In this document: positions 25,121 to 36,088 of the stretch, piece by piece
How positions within the stretch are numbered: the first letter of the stretch is position 1
Layout of the letters: every line of letters starts with the position of its first letter
From: Pseudogymnoascus verrucosus
Taxonomy: Eukaryota
DNA: 64,000 nucleotides
Direction: 5' to 3' (one strand)
Assembly: GCA_001662655.1 (NCBI GenBank)
Contig: KV460278.1
The notes under the pieces: model-generated
What the model saw: the letters and a program-made list of their open reading frames with translations, nothing else
Databases searched by the model: none
Told to the model about the DNA's origin: nothing
Translations under genes and position numbers: made by a program

Positions 25121-28100
25121 ATGTCAAACACTTCACGACTACAAGTGGCTCAGCCAAAACCTGGTGCCAACTCACATTGCGACAACCAAAGCAACCCATT
25201 TGATACTCCCTTTGATGAGCTGGACTGGGATGAAGAATCTCTCGACGAGAATGGCCGTGATACGAATTTCCCAGACGACAAATCCGACGTTTCTCGCATG
25301 ACACAATGGCCGACATTTTCTAACTTACCAGCACCGCCGATGCCACAGAAGCCCCAAATGAAGACCCGAAAGTCAGTAAAGCGGTCTTCAGTAATCAAGC
25401 CCACGAGAGAAAAGTCAAAGCAACGTCAAAAGAAACAGAACGAGAGGGCCGGCATCAAGCTCAACACGAATGTCGCACGCCATCGAGCTCTCACTCCAGC
25501 AGTTACACAACCCAAAACAGATGCGGCTGGTCCGTTACCTGCGGCGGACGCTGGTCGGTTTGTGGATCTGGCTGCTCTTCAATCTCTTGAAAGTCGAGCC
25601 GCCCCTCCAAACAATGGGGGATTTTGGAAGAATCTCCTTGGCAATGCACCAAATCCTTCAGTAGCGGTACAACACACTCCCGATCAGCAGGGCAGTTCTA
25701 ACGATGACGCCGCAGCAAAGGCTGATTCGATTCCTGGATTTGCCAACCGAAGGGCAAAAGACCTAAAGCCTCCTTCTCTGACAATGGAAGGAGATCTATC
25801 CCCTAGTGACAGGCCCATAGTTATTGGAATATCGATACCTTCAGCCAGACTGCAACAACATATCACAAGTCCACACACTGCTGGCTCGGATACTTCGAAC
25901 ATTCTAAATTGCTACGAATCACAAACCCCCAGAGAAAATGCTCCAGAGACACCAGTCATCGTTATCACACCAGCCGAGGTGTCATATTGGTCGCCAATCA
26001 GTGCAAACACAGTGACGCCACAGTCAAGGAGAGTTGCATCAAGTGTGTACTCACGACCCGCCAGTTATTCTCATACCTCAAACCAACAAGAAGAAATCCC
26101 TCCCATGCCTCAAATATCGCAATCTATTCTAAATGGCCGGAAAGCTGGAAGGGAATCAGTCGGTACTATTTTCGCGGAAGACGAAGATGATGACGATGTT
26201 CTTTCAGCTCGGCCCAAGAAGCTCAGAATAGGGACGGGTGCTATTTTGGAAGAGGATGAGCAACAGATATTGACAAGGAAAAATCGGTCCGGATCCGATG
26301 GTAGTGAGAAGAGACCCAAGAGCATGCTTTCACCGAATGACCGCAGGACGTCGACTGGTTGGTGGAGTACGATTCTCTCGCCATTTTTAGCTCGATCTAA
26401 TACGGTAAACTTCCCATCAACCGCGAAACAAGGAGAGAGCCCTATAGTTCCGGATGTCGCCACACCTGATACAAAAAGTGGCCCGGGCGAGTTCCGCTTT
26501 TGGGAGAAGGCTCTTTCACCAAAATCACCTTTGTCTTCAACAACCATTGCGTCCGATGACTGGTGGGACAATCGAAATACTATCGATGGAACCCCTAAGT
26601 GGGATGGAACTGATTCAAAATTCAAGGATGGGATTTACACCTACAAAGCAGAAGAATCATACGGGACACTCCCTTTGACGCTGTCACGCAGCACTCGGGC
26701 CGCAGCAACTGCGAATCGCCCACAGCAAAATCTAGATGTGGACCCTAACAATGGAACGCGTGAACTTCAAAGGGATCAGTCTTTGGCAGTGCGGTCAGAC
26801 AGAAGCTCAATTCTCAGTCCTGCTGATAGAGAAGCTCCATTCATGCTCGATGACCCATCAGTAACGTCTGTCGATCATTCAGTTGCGTCTACAAGCACTG
26901 GCAATCAACAAACTGCTCCCCAAGGCCCAAACGCCGCGCCGCCAGCCATGAACAACACACCCACAGCGACGCAGTCCCAAGCTAGCCGAGAGAATGCTCC
27001 AAAAGTCGTCACTCCTGCAGCCCCACCTCCATACTCTCCACCACGACCAGGGTTTCCTAAATATGCAGCTGTCTATCCACCTGGCCATAGCTCATCTGCC
27101 CAGCAACCTCAGTCTCCTGGACCACTCTCCCCTGGTCTGCAACAAGCAATGTCATCAACGGGCGCTATTGCACTGACAGATGTCCCATTGACCCCAGCTA
27201 CACGAAGAGTCATCAACCTGAATTCGGGTTATCCGACTTTGCCACCGCCAACGGTTGGCCGAGCGGTAAACCCAGTGGACCTCGAGATTGCGTCAGAGAA
27301 GGCACGTAAAATTGATGCCAAACGTCGGAGGCATGAGAAGGAAGAAGTCGTAGCCCATAAAGCAGGTGGACTCTGGCGTGGACGGGGATGCATTTCCAAC
27401 AGAGGCTGCTATGGAAGAACCGGTCCAGAAGGTCGAAAGCGAAGGAGATGCTGGCTTGGTGTAATTTTTGCGTTGATCGGATTGACGATATTAATCGTCA
27501 CCCTTGCGACTCAGCTGCACAGGTCCACTCCAAATGTTGAGGTTCCGTCGCAGTGGGTTAACTTGACAGTTTTTCCACCAATATACACCGGCGTGTCAAT
27601 GGTATCATCCACAGCAAACAATGTGGCCAACACAGGCTGTGTATACCCGAAGACTGTCTGGAGTTGTGCTCTTCCGAAAGAACTTCAGGCGTCGGTTGCC
27701 CCGAACAAGCCAGAACAGCCAAAACTGAAACTCCTCATTCAGTGGGATAACAGCAGTGCTGCAAACGCGACCTGGGGCGGTCCAACTGGGGCACAAGTTC
27801 GTAGGTCTGCTGGCAACCCAGTCAATGCCAGTCAGTTCTTGAAGCGTCTGGCGCTGAAGGCTAGGCAAGCAGTCACGTTCTCACCCTCACCTGCAGCACC
27901 TACCATTGCAGAGCAAGGTTTCCTGGGCAATACCACCGATGGCATTGTATCTGACAACAAATCCGGGGAGCGAACACCATTCTACATTACCTTTCTCAAT
28001 CCCCAAGCAGCCGCCAAAGCTTCGACGAAACTGTCAACAAGACAGGAGAAACAAAATGCGACCACCGCATTCCCCGATCTCGGCAAATTGATCCCACCCC

Positions 28101-28744
28101 CAGAGCTGAACGCCGACGGCACTGCCGCACCCGCAAATCTCCTTCCAACACCTGAGCAGCAGCCTCTCCGGCTCTTCGACCGCGGGCTTCCCACTGAACA
28201 CTACGGGTTCTACACGTACTTCAACCGCTCTATCTTCCTGAAGTCGACCGCCCTCCTCAATGAAACGAACTTGGGCGACGGTGAGGTGCCAGATGATCTC
28301 AACGGCGGCTGCGCAGAATCCGAAGCACGCTTCCGATGCACGTGGTCGCAGACCCGCTTCTTGGTGCAGATGTGGACGAGGAAGGACGCCAACAGCGCCG
28401 TGCTGCTTAATTCAACGGCTACATCTAGCAGCAGCGGGACTGTTACCACCACCATCCTAGGACAGGATAACTCGGCGTTCCCATACCCAATTACTATCAC
28501 GACTGATAGGCACGGTGGCGATCCTACGAAGAAGGGGGTGTTTTGTTATGAGATTGATGAGAGGGAGAAAGTTGTGGCGGGGAGTGGAAAGGTAAGGCCG
28601 GAGTTCAGGGCATTTGGGGGGACGTTGGTGAATCAGGCGCCGAATGCGTTTGATACTACGAGTAGTAATGCGGCGCTGGGGGGGTTTGATGGAGGGAATT
28701 CGGGGTGTAGTTGTACGTGGGCGAATTGGCATCCTGCTACTTGA
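25121..28744 (+). CDS. Large single-pass membrane protein of unknown function: disordered S/T/P-rich N-terminus, one TM, Cys-containing C-terminal domain
   Basis: Intronless ORF of ~1207 codons from ATG 25121. Basic stretch RKRRR followed by hydrophobic WLGVIFALIGLTILIVTLA; multiple N-x-S/T sites and Cys residues after the TM. Confidence 0.85.
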   Translation: MSNTSRLQVAQPKPGANSHCDNQSNPFDTPFDELDWDEESLDENGRDTNFPDDKSDVSRMTQWPTFSNLPAPPMPQKPQMKTRKSVKRSSVIKPTREKSKQRQKKQNERAGIKLNTNVARHRALTPAVTQPKTDAAGPLPAADAGRFVDLAALQSLESRAAPPNNGGFWKNLLGNAPNPSVAVQHTPDQQGSSNDDAAAKADSIPGFANRRAKDLKPPSLTMEGDLSPSDRPIVIGISIPSARLQQHITSPHTAGSDTSNILNCYESQTPRENAPETPVIVITPAEVSYWSPISANTVTPQSRRVASSVYSRPASYSHTSNQQEEIPPMPQISQSILNGRKAGRESVGTIFAEDEDDDDVLSARPKKLRIGTGAILEEDEQQILTRKNRSGSDGSEKRPKSMLSPNDRRTSTGWWSTILSPFLARSNTVNFPSTAKQGESPIVPDVATPDTKSGPGEFRFWEKALSPKSPLSSTTIASDDWWDNRNTIDGTPKWDGTDSKFKDGIYTYKAEESYGTLPLTLSRSTRAAATANRPQQNLDVDPNNGTRELQRDQSLAVRSDRSSILSPADREAPFMLDDPSVTSVDHSVASTSTGNQQTAPQGPNAAPPAMNNTPTATQSQASRENAPKVVTPAAPPPYSPPRPGFPKYAAVYPPGHSSSAQQPQSPGPLSPGLQQAMSSTGAIALTDVPLTPATRRVINLNSGYPTLPPPTVGRAVNPVDLEIASEKARKIDAKRRRHEKEEVVAHKAGGLWRGRGCISNRGCYGRTGPEGRKRRRCWLGVIFALIGLTILIVTLATQLHRSTPNVEVPSQWVNLTVFPPIYTGVSMVSSTANNVANTGCVYPKTVWSCALPKELQASVAPNKPEQPKLKLLIQWDNSSAANATWGGPTGAQVRRSAGNPVNASQFLKRLALKARQAVTFSPSPAAPTIAEQGFLGNTTDGIVSDNKSGERTPFYITFLNPQAAAKASTKLSTRQEKQNATTAFPDLGKLIPPPELNADGTAAPANLLPTPEQQPLRLFDRGLPTEHYGFYTYFNRSIFLKSTALLNETNLGDGEVPDDLNGGCAESEARFRCTWSQTRFLVQMWTRKDANSAVLLNSTATSSSSGTVTTTILGQDNSAFPYPITITTDRHGGDPTKKGVFCYEIDEREKVVAGSGKVRPEFRAFGGTLVNQAPNAFDTTSSNAALGGFDGGNSGCSCTWANWHPAT

Positions 28745-29259
28745 GTGGGGGCGATGGGAAATATTGGGAAATGCGAAATGGAATATGGGAGAATGGGAAA
28801 TATCAGGAAATGGAAATGGGAGAATGGACAGGGGCGTTATATTTTGTGCATTATCCGGGGCATAGCATATTAGATGATTAGATGTCTTTGTACGAAAATC
28901 ACACGATGTTTGAGCATTCATGAATGAATATCCATGAGTGAAATTGGCCTCTGAAGCATTGTCATTGTCCTGAGATTTCGTTTTCGTAAAGTTCCTCCAC
29001 AATTTTGTTACCCATATTCAACCCAGACAATCTAGTATGTCGGTATGTCGTCGATCAGCACACAAGCCGCCCCGGCCAGTCTGGAAACGCCAACACCTCC
29101 CATGCATTACCTACTCCCCATAAGAAAACTCCGGCATTAACCTGTACCACCATCGCTCGCACCGCCTCCCCTACCATCTCATCCTCCCCCTCCCGTCACC
29201 CCCATATCCCCTCTCCGCACACCCAAAGACAGACGAAGGACAGACGAACGGACGGGCAT

Positions 29260-29823
29260 CTACCCATCATACCCTCTGTGCTTATTAATCTCATTCAACA
29301 ACTCCTGCAAATCGTCATCGCTGATCTTGTCCGCCAAGCTGGGCACCAGCGTCTTCGCCTCCTCAGCCAGCTCGCAGCACAGACTGCCCAGCTGGGCGCG
29401 CTCGAACTTGGCGAGCTCGGGGTGCGCGGAGAGGAGGCGCTCGACGGCTTCGACGTTCTCTTTGCGCTTGAAGCGGGCGAAGTGGTCGAGGTATTCGAGG
29501 GTCTTGTTGAGCATCCTGTAGAGCACTTCTGTTAGCCCTTGTTCCCTGTGCCTCTGTATCTTTGCCTCTCCGTGTCTTTCTCCGGGAGGAACTGGAAGTG
29601 TGGGTGTGGAAGGGGGAAGTGGGACGCACTCGCTATCATTGACACGCTTGGAATCCTTATCCATCTTGCGCTTCGCGACGAGGGCATTGATGACCAGCGC
29701 CGCTTCCGAGTGCGTCAACGCGTCCACATCCTGGAACTCGCCGAGCTTGAGCTCCGCGCCGGCTTCTTCGTCACCCTGGGGGGGTGCGCGCTTGCGCATC
29801 GTTTGCGCGGCGTTGGTGGACAT
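29260..29823 (-). CDS. RPB4: RNA polymerase II subunit Rpb4
   Basis: DEEAGAELKLGEF, KTLEYLDHFARFK and FERAQLGSLCCELAEEAKTLVPSL. Intron 29516-29629. Confidence 0.95.
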   Translation of the reverse strand: MSTNAAQTMRKRAPPQGDEEAGAELKLGEFQDVDALTHSEAALVINALVAKRKMDKDSKRVNDSECVPLPPSTPTLPVPPGERHGEAKIQRHREQGLTEVLYRMLNKTLEYLDHFARFKRKENVEAVERLLSAHPELAKFERAQLGSLCCELAEEAKTLVPSLADKISDDDLQELLNEINKHRGYDG

Positions 29824-30280
29824 GATGGGTGGGGTGGAGGGGTTCGTTCTGTCGGGGTGGATTGAGAGGTTGTGTCGGGGTCCAGGTGAATAGTTTTTCC
29901 GTGGAGGGTCTGTTGTAGTTGCTAAGAGGGGAGAAGGGGAGTGAGGCGAAGTGTAAGAGGTGGGGAGGTTGGAGGCGTGTGGTAGAAGCAAGCGGGCGGT
30001 TGTTTCTTTATCTCGTTGTGGTGAGGCTGGTAGATTTAATCCCTGTCGACGGGATCCGAAATCTGGGGTAGACGCGGCGGTAGGTCCCTCTATCGCCAAA
30101 CGACGAGTAGCTCCCACGCGATGCGCCGATTGACCAGGAGCACTCTATGAATACACGAAACTAACGACATTCTAATGATCGGATATTATATTTGTTGGAA
30201 GAGCTCGTAATAGCTATTGCGGGAGTTGAATCGTACGTTGGGAGCGTGAGCGGGCCGGAGGAGTCGGTCAAGCCGTTGCT

Positions 30281-30894
30281 ATGTAGGACCCCCCACCGCA
30301 CCTCAGACAGCAGGATATCGTGGAAGTGCAATGCTTACGAGAGGGATAGGGTCGTCTTTGCGCTTTTTATTGTCAATAAGGCTGGTAGTCTGATCTACCA
30401 GCGCGATTTTGCGGAGGGGCTGTCGAAACTCAGCACGAACGAATACATTATCCTCGCTGGCACATTCCACAGGTACGCCTCGCTTTCCTCCCCTCATCGG
30501 TGTCGCTCCTACTCAATTCCTGGCATCTTTACAGTATATATTTCCAGTAAGCTAATACCCACGCAGTGTCCACGCCCTCACCACCCGCCTACACCCCCTA
30601 CAACACAACGCCCCCCGCGGCTCATTACTCGACCGTCCAGAACCTCCCTCAGGCATCGAAGTCCTGGAAACGGAGAACTTCCGGCTGCAGTGCTTTGAGA
30701 CGCTGACGGGGACCAAGTTTCTGATATTCACGGAGCCAACGCAGCAGAATGTGGATTCGATCCTGAAGAAGATCTATGAGTTGTACGCGGACTACGTGAT
30801 GAAGAACCCGTTTTACCAGGTCGATAACCCGGTCAGGTGCGAGGTGTTTGATCGAAAGCTGGTGGGATATGTGAGGCCGCTGAATCATAAGTAG
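30281..30894 (+). CDS. TRS23: TRAPP complex subunit Trs23 (sybindin family)
   Basis: VVFALFIVNKAGSLIYQ, NEYIILAGTFHSVHA, FETLTGTKF and IYELYADYVMKNPFY. Introns 30283-30349 (splits the start codon) and 30473-30566. Confidence 0.92.
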
Positions 30895-31148
30895 GGGGAT
30901 GGTGGAGTGGGAAAGGGGGTGATGATTGTTAGGGATTCTTGGCGTTGAGGCTGGATCATAAGGGATTACAAAGTAGAACGAGGATACTATTATAGACTAT
31001 ACGGTAAAGGTGGAATAGCAACACGATTGGGAACTACAGGAAATTCATAGAGGTGATCAGAGCGCCTGGCCATCCTCCATTCATATGATATCAGTTCTAA
31101 AGTACATGCCGAACGCCACCTGCAATGCCCATGGAAATACCGTCTACT

Positions 31149-32091
31149 TTATGTAGTATCCATCTTATCCGAGTCATCCTTCTTATCGTCCTTCTTATCC
31201 CCGGATCCGGATGCCTCGCCATTATTATCCAGCAAAGGCTTCGACTCCTCATTCTCTTCTGATATCCCTGGCATAGCCTCGTTCTTTTGCGCCTCCGCCT
31301 CCCGCTGGCGCTTTTGCCTCGCCTCATCCTCCTCCATACTCATGCGCAGTGCGAGCGCGAGCTCGGGGTCTGCAGATGGGTCGAAGCCGAATTCAAAACC
31401 GCCACCGCCAGCTCCGCCTTCGCCGCCACCTCCTGCTCCACCACCGCCCGATCCATCGCCGTTGAGAATAGGGGAGGCGATGAGCTGGTCGCTCAGCAGA
31501 CCTGGTCCGGGTGGGATAATGGTAAGGTGGGATCCCTCTCCGCTCTTGACGTTCTCGTTGAAGGCTGTGAGCTTCTTGGTCACGTCATCATCGATGTCAC
31601 CGAATGCAATGAAGTCGATCGATACGGCGTGCTTCTTCATCTTCTTGGCCAGCTTGACGAGGCTCTTCTCATCTTCTGCGATGGGGGAGCAGGTGAATAC
31701 AATTATGCGCATGCGTTGTGTGTTGTTCTGGCGATGCTTGAGTGCAAGCTAGGACAGGTCAGATCGGAACGCCGACAGATGCGGGAGGGGCGAAACTTAC
31801 ACCTGCTATTTGAAGGCCAGTTGCCAAATGTGATGTCCCAGAGATCTTGCTCTTTGTCCTATGAAGCCCTTCCAAGATCTTTCCGTGGTCCGTCGTCAAA
31901 GTCACCAGCACTTCTGGACCTTTGCCACCCATGCTCATCAGACCAACTGAAGACTCCGGGTTGCCTTGTGTGACAGCTGAGAAGACCATAGAAACGGCAT
32001 CGGCTTGCGCTTCGAATCGTGTGGGCGTATAATCTCCATTTCGACTGCTCTCACTGTTGTCCACCACCACCATCACTGCTTCGAGAACCAT
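31149..32091 (-). CDS. RPN10: 26S proteasome regulatory subunit Rpn10 (vWA + UIM)
   Basis: MVLEAVMVVVDNSESSRNGDYTPTRF, LALKHRQN and UIM DPELALALRMSMEE. Intron 31749-31800. Confidence 0.96.
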
Positions 32092-32483
32092 TCTGGCGGT
32101 TTGTTCCAGGCGAAAGTGAGATGAGCTGTATCAGGTATTTGACAAGTAGAATCTTTATGTAATATCGCTCGCTGATACTGTATCGCGGTTGTGTTATTGG
32201 AGAGAGCTTGGGTTGTTGGGGTTGTGAATAGAGCTGTCTGATGTTGCGGCTCCAGGCAAGGTGGACCACCCTTGTAGCTTACGAACTCGCTTGTGCCTTC
32301 CGTCCCCCATCACGATTACAAGCTCCGGGGTTTGTTTACCTCGCGAATCTCCTATACTTCTGCATCAGGACCCCAATAACCCACCAATCCACAATTGGTT
32401 ACAGATTACCAGTCGATTCACGCGCCTTATTGCTTGAATATTTTGCTCGCTGGGTTTAATTTAAATCAACTTCGCACCAAACG

Positions 32484-33670
32484 ATGGCACCTACGCGCCA
32501 ACGAAAGCACGGGAAGTCAACAGAGTCGGAGTCCTCGGTCGATGCAATGGATTTCCCAGCGCCTCCCCAGACCATACCAACAAAATCAAGCACGCCAACG
32601 AGGACTCCAATAAGACGAAGCCCTACGAAGAAGGCCACAAGAGGGCTCACTGCGAACCAGAAGCAAGCGCTGCTTGATAACCTTCAACTCGAGAGTAAGT
32701 TTCAAAACACGGATGATGAGATGAGCGCCTATGGCCCCTGGACTTTACTGACGAATACCCATAGTCACTGAGCGCGCCAGAAAGCTTAGGGCTCAGTACA
32801 TGCTTCAAGCGCAAGGCCTTCGTACCAGAATTGAGATCAGAGTCAACCGCATTCCGACGGGACTCCGCAAGGCGAAAATGGGCGACCTCCTCCTCAAATA
32901 CAACGAGGCGAAGAGCAATGCCATCTTACCAGGGATGACTGCGCGAGGTGCAAATATGGGATCGCCATCCAGAAATCTCCTCCAAGAGAACCAGAGGAAT
33001 GCCCGCCACAGCCCCTCACCCATGCGCCAACTGAAACGCCACAGGTAAGCACGCTCTCTCTGGGTATTTAAGAAACCACTAACAATCTCTTTCCAGCGGC
33101 GACATGCTAGACAAAGAAAACGAAGACCTCTCTAACCCCAAGAAGCGTGCCAAGGCCGCCCCTGCACCCCGCGTCGCTTCTCGCACCAAACAAGCCGACC
33201 AAGTCCTCTCACCCCGCTCTGCAAACTCCCGCAACGCGCCACAGCCACGATCCCCCATCCGGCCGCCAACCAGCCTAGCGCGTCCAGCATCACCAGTCAA
33301 ACTGCTGCCTCCCGGCGGAGGAGCAAGCTACCTCACAAACATGGTTGAGAAGGCGAAATCGAGCCGGGCGGCGGCGACCGGAGCTTCAAAGACAGGAACC
33401 TCCGCTGTGGGCAGGCCGAAGAAAGCGGTAGCTGCTGCGGCGCCAGCGCCGAGAGCGCGTCGAGGCAGGCCGAGCAACAGTAGTGAATCGAGCGATGCGA
33501 GTGCGAGGACTACGATTGTCAGCCGGGCCCCGGCGGCGAAGAAGGAGCCGGCTAAGAGGACGGTTATGGGGGCTCTGAAGAGTATGGGTGCGAAGAAGAC
33601 GGCTGCTGCGCCTGCTGCGTCGAGACCGGCGCCAGTTGGGAGGGTCCTGAGGAATAGAGGCGCTGCGTAA
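32484..33670 (+). CDS. Borealin/Nbl1 N-terminal domain protein (chromosomal passenger complex)
   Basis: QKQALLDNLQLEITERARKLRAQY...LRTRIEIRVNRIP...MGDLL followed by a basic, SP-rich tail. Introns 32695-32764 and 33045-33096. Confidence 0.85.
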
Positions 33671-33719
33671 GGCTGTTGGGGTTATGCAACCCCTGGGCCT
33701 GGGGGAGAAGCACTTCACA

Positions 33720-33793
33720 GGCCGCAATGACGAGTATCGCTTTGTTGGTGTTTTGTGTAAAATACCAACAAACCGATACTCGTCATTGCGGTC
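33720..33793 (+). repeat. Near-perfect inverted repeat/hairpin (~35-bp stem, 4-nt loop)
   Basis: ggccgcaatgacgagtatcgctttgttggtgtttt-gtgt-aaaataccaacaaaccgatactcgtcattgcggtc; one C.C mismatch and two G.U pairs. Confidence 0.95.
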
Positions 33794-34521
33794 TAACGAC
33801 ACTTACTGGAGGCATAGAGCCAAAGTCGCCACGATGGTATTGATTCTCCATCTCAAAGAGGTGGGTTGTAGTCTACCATCGACGGTGATTCGAGATGGAT
33901 ATGGCATTGATTCCCCACATTCGTGGGTTGTAGTCTGTCATCCGCTGATTCTCACACTGGTTATGCAAACAGCGACTGTCGAAGGCTTGGCAATTAGACG
34001 CGTAAGAGGAGGGGATATGGATGGAAACGGATATATTGGATATTGGATAAGGGACTATACGACTTTGTGTTTTTTGACTGGGTTAGCGGCAGGCGTTTGG
34101 GACATGGAGTTAATGATCAACGGCATTATGGCCAGAATTCAACGGATGTGAAACATAGGATCAGCGAAAATAAATTCATTCGCACCTCTCTAAAATTTCT
34201 CCCAGCACTACATGCTCTACTAACTCTTAATAAAAGCGGATAGTGGAAGAGGAAGAAGAAGAAAAGGGGGGGCGTAGAAACGGTGGGGAGGAGTGTAGCA
34301 GAATGGCAGCGAGAGAGGATAGCCAGGAAGGACAAGGCGGACGGAATAAATCAACAAGTCATGGTTCTTGGGACCTACAATACATATCTAGGCCCGTTTA
34401 GTACACATCTTTCACCACATCGCAGCCCCCTCTAAAACCGAAAGCTTAGATCCTATACCCAATCCATAAATTTCATCCACCCCCTCTTCTATCTACCCCC
34501 CCCCCCAAGTACCACCCCCAC

Positions 34522-35439
34522 CTACGGGCCGGGCGCCGCGCCCGCCCCCTTCTTCTTCTTATCCTCCACCAACTCAATATTATCCCCCGGCACCAAATCC
34601 CCATACTTCTCCAACAAAAAGTCCTCAATCTCCGTACTCACATCACCCTGGACGACAATCTCCTCCCCCCCACTCGCTGTCTTGGTAACACTACTCCCCG
34701 TCGCAAACTTCTTCCCGAAATCCTTGCTCACCTTCTTCAACTCCAGCCCGAAGGCTTCGAGACCCGATACTGCAGTCACGTATTTGCGCTTGTTGCGCTC
34801 GACGCGCTTGATGATGATGCGGGAGGCGGCGAGGGCGGAGGCGTGCTTTTGTTCTGCTTGGGCGGCTTTGGCGGCTTTTTTGGCGGAGTCTTTGGTCGCG
34901 CGCTTGAGGGCGTCAATGGAGAGGGTGGAGGTTGCGGCTTCGAGGGCGTCTGGGGAGGAGGGGGTTAGCTTGTGGGCTTTGGTAGAGTAGAGTATGTTGA
35001 GAGCTGAAAAGCTGGGGTATGTGAAGAAGGTGAGGGCTGGGGATGGACGAGGGGTATGGGAGGACGTACCAGCGGAGTAAATCTTTTCGGACATGTCGGG
35101 ATGGTTCTCCTCAAGCCATTCCTTGCATTTCTTCGTCGTCCCGCCGAACTCGCAGTACTATTCCCACCACACTTGTCAGCTTATCCTGCACACTTCTGCC
35201 CCGACTATCTCGGGGTTGTCCAGTCTCCCGTCTCAGCAACCTTGTCTCCGTCTCGGCGGTCGATGCTGGGAGATCCTGGGGGGTTGCTGGGGTGTGTCCA
35301 TACCTCAGGTGGCAGCGTGCAGACTATCCATACGTCAGTTTACGTACACCCGACAAGGAAAGAGAGCAAGAGACGTACCGCCACAATACACAATATGTCT
35401 AGCCTGTGGCTCAAGCGGTGCCGTTTCCGTATCTGCCAT
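34522..35439 (-). CDS. TMA22: Translation machinery-associated protein 22 (DENR, SUI1 domain)
   Basis: VYCGVCTLPPEYCEFG...CKEWL, IKRVERNKRKYVT and KKFATGSSVTK...EIVVQGD. Introns 35324-35378, 35158-35303 and 34950-35069. Confidence 0.94.
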
Positions 35440-36088
35440 CGCGGGTTGCTGTGATGGCTCTTGTGGTGGTTTGGGTGGTTGGTGGGTTGTTGTTGTTTTC
35501 GCTATGGAGGGGTTGTGGATGGAGGGGTAGTTGTGCTCGTGTGGCGCTTGGAAGCCAGTTAGAAGGGTGCTGGTGCTTTTGGTGGGGCGGAGGGGCGGGA
35601 AGGCGGTAAACTGCCGCACTAGGAGTGTGTGGAGGCGAGGCTATTTCTTGTTTATTATCACCACAGCGCTCTCCTCCGTATTGTTGGGGGAAACGGATGT
35701 TCTCATGGGGATACGCCCAAAATGATAGGTTTTCTCGGGGGGACTGTTCGGCTCCCCGGTTGGTCAGAGTATCGGGATGGGTTTCAGCCCAATGCCTCAG
35801 TTTTAGCTAGGCTGAGGAAGCCTAATTTCTCGGGGTTTGACAGGCCTACAAATAGCGTACGTAGACCCCTAGATTGGTTAGTAACTGCAATTGATTATGT
35901 TATTCTATTCACTGTATTCTATTGCTAAAGCCTCTGTCTGGCTGCCCGTAGGGATCGATTACGGGAACTGGAGATTCTCACGCGATTTTGTGTGTAGTTC
36001 CCTGTATCCCGCAGTTACTCCCAACACGTATCTAAGACCTACGAAAGTAGCTGCGACATCTGTTACTTCTTAGCAGCCGATCCCATCC

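Noticed and set aside
31921..31929. Perfect yeast PACE element (GGTGGCAAA) in RPN10
   Set aside because: It lies within the CDS and is explained by Gly-Gly-Lys codons.
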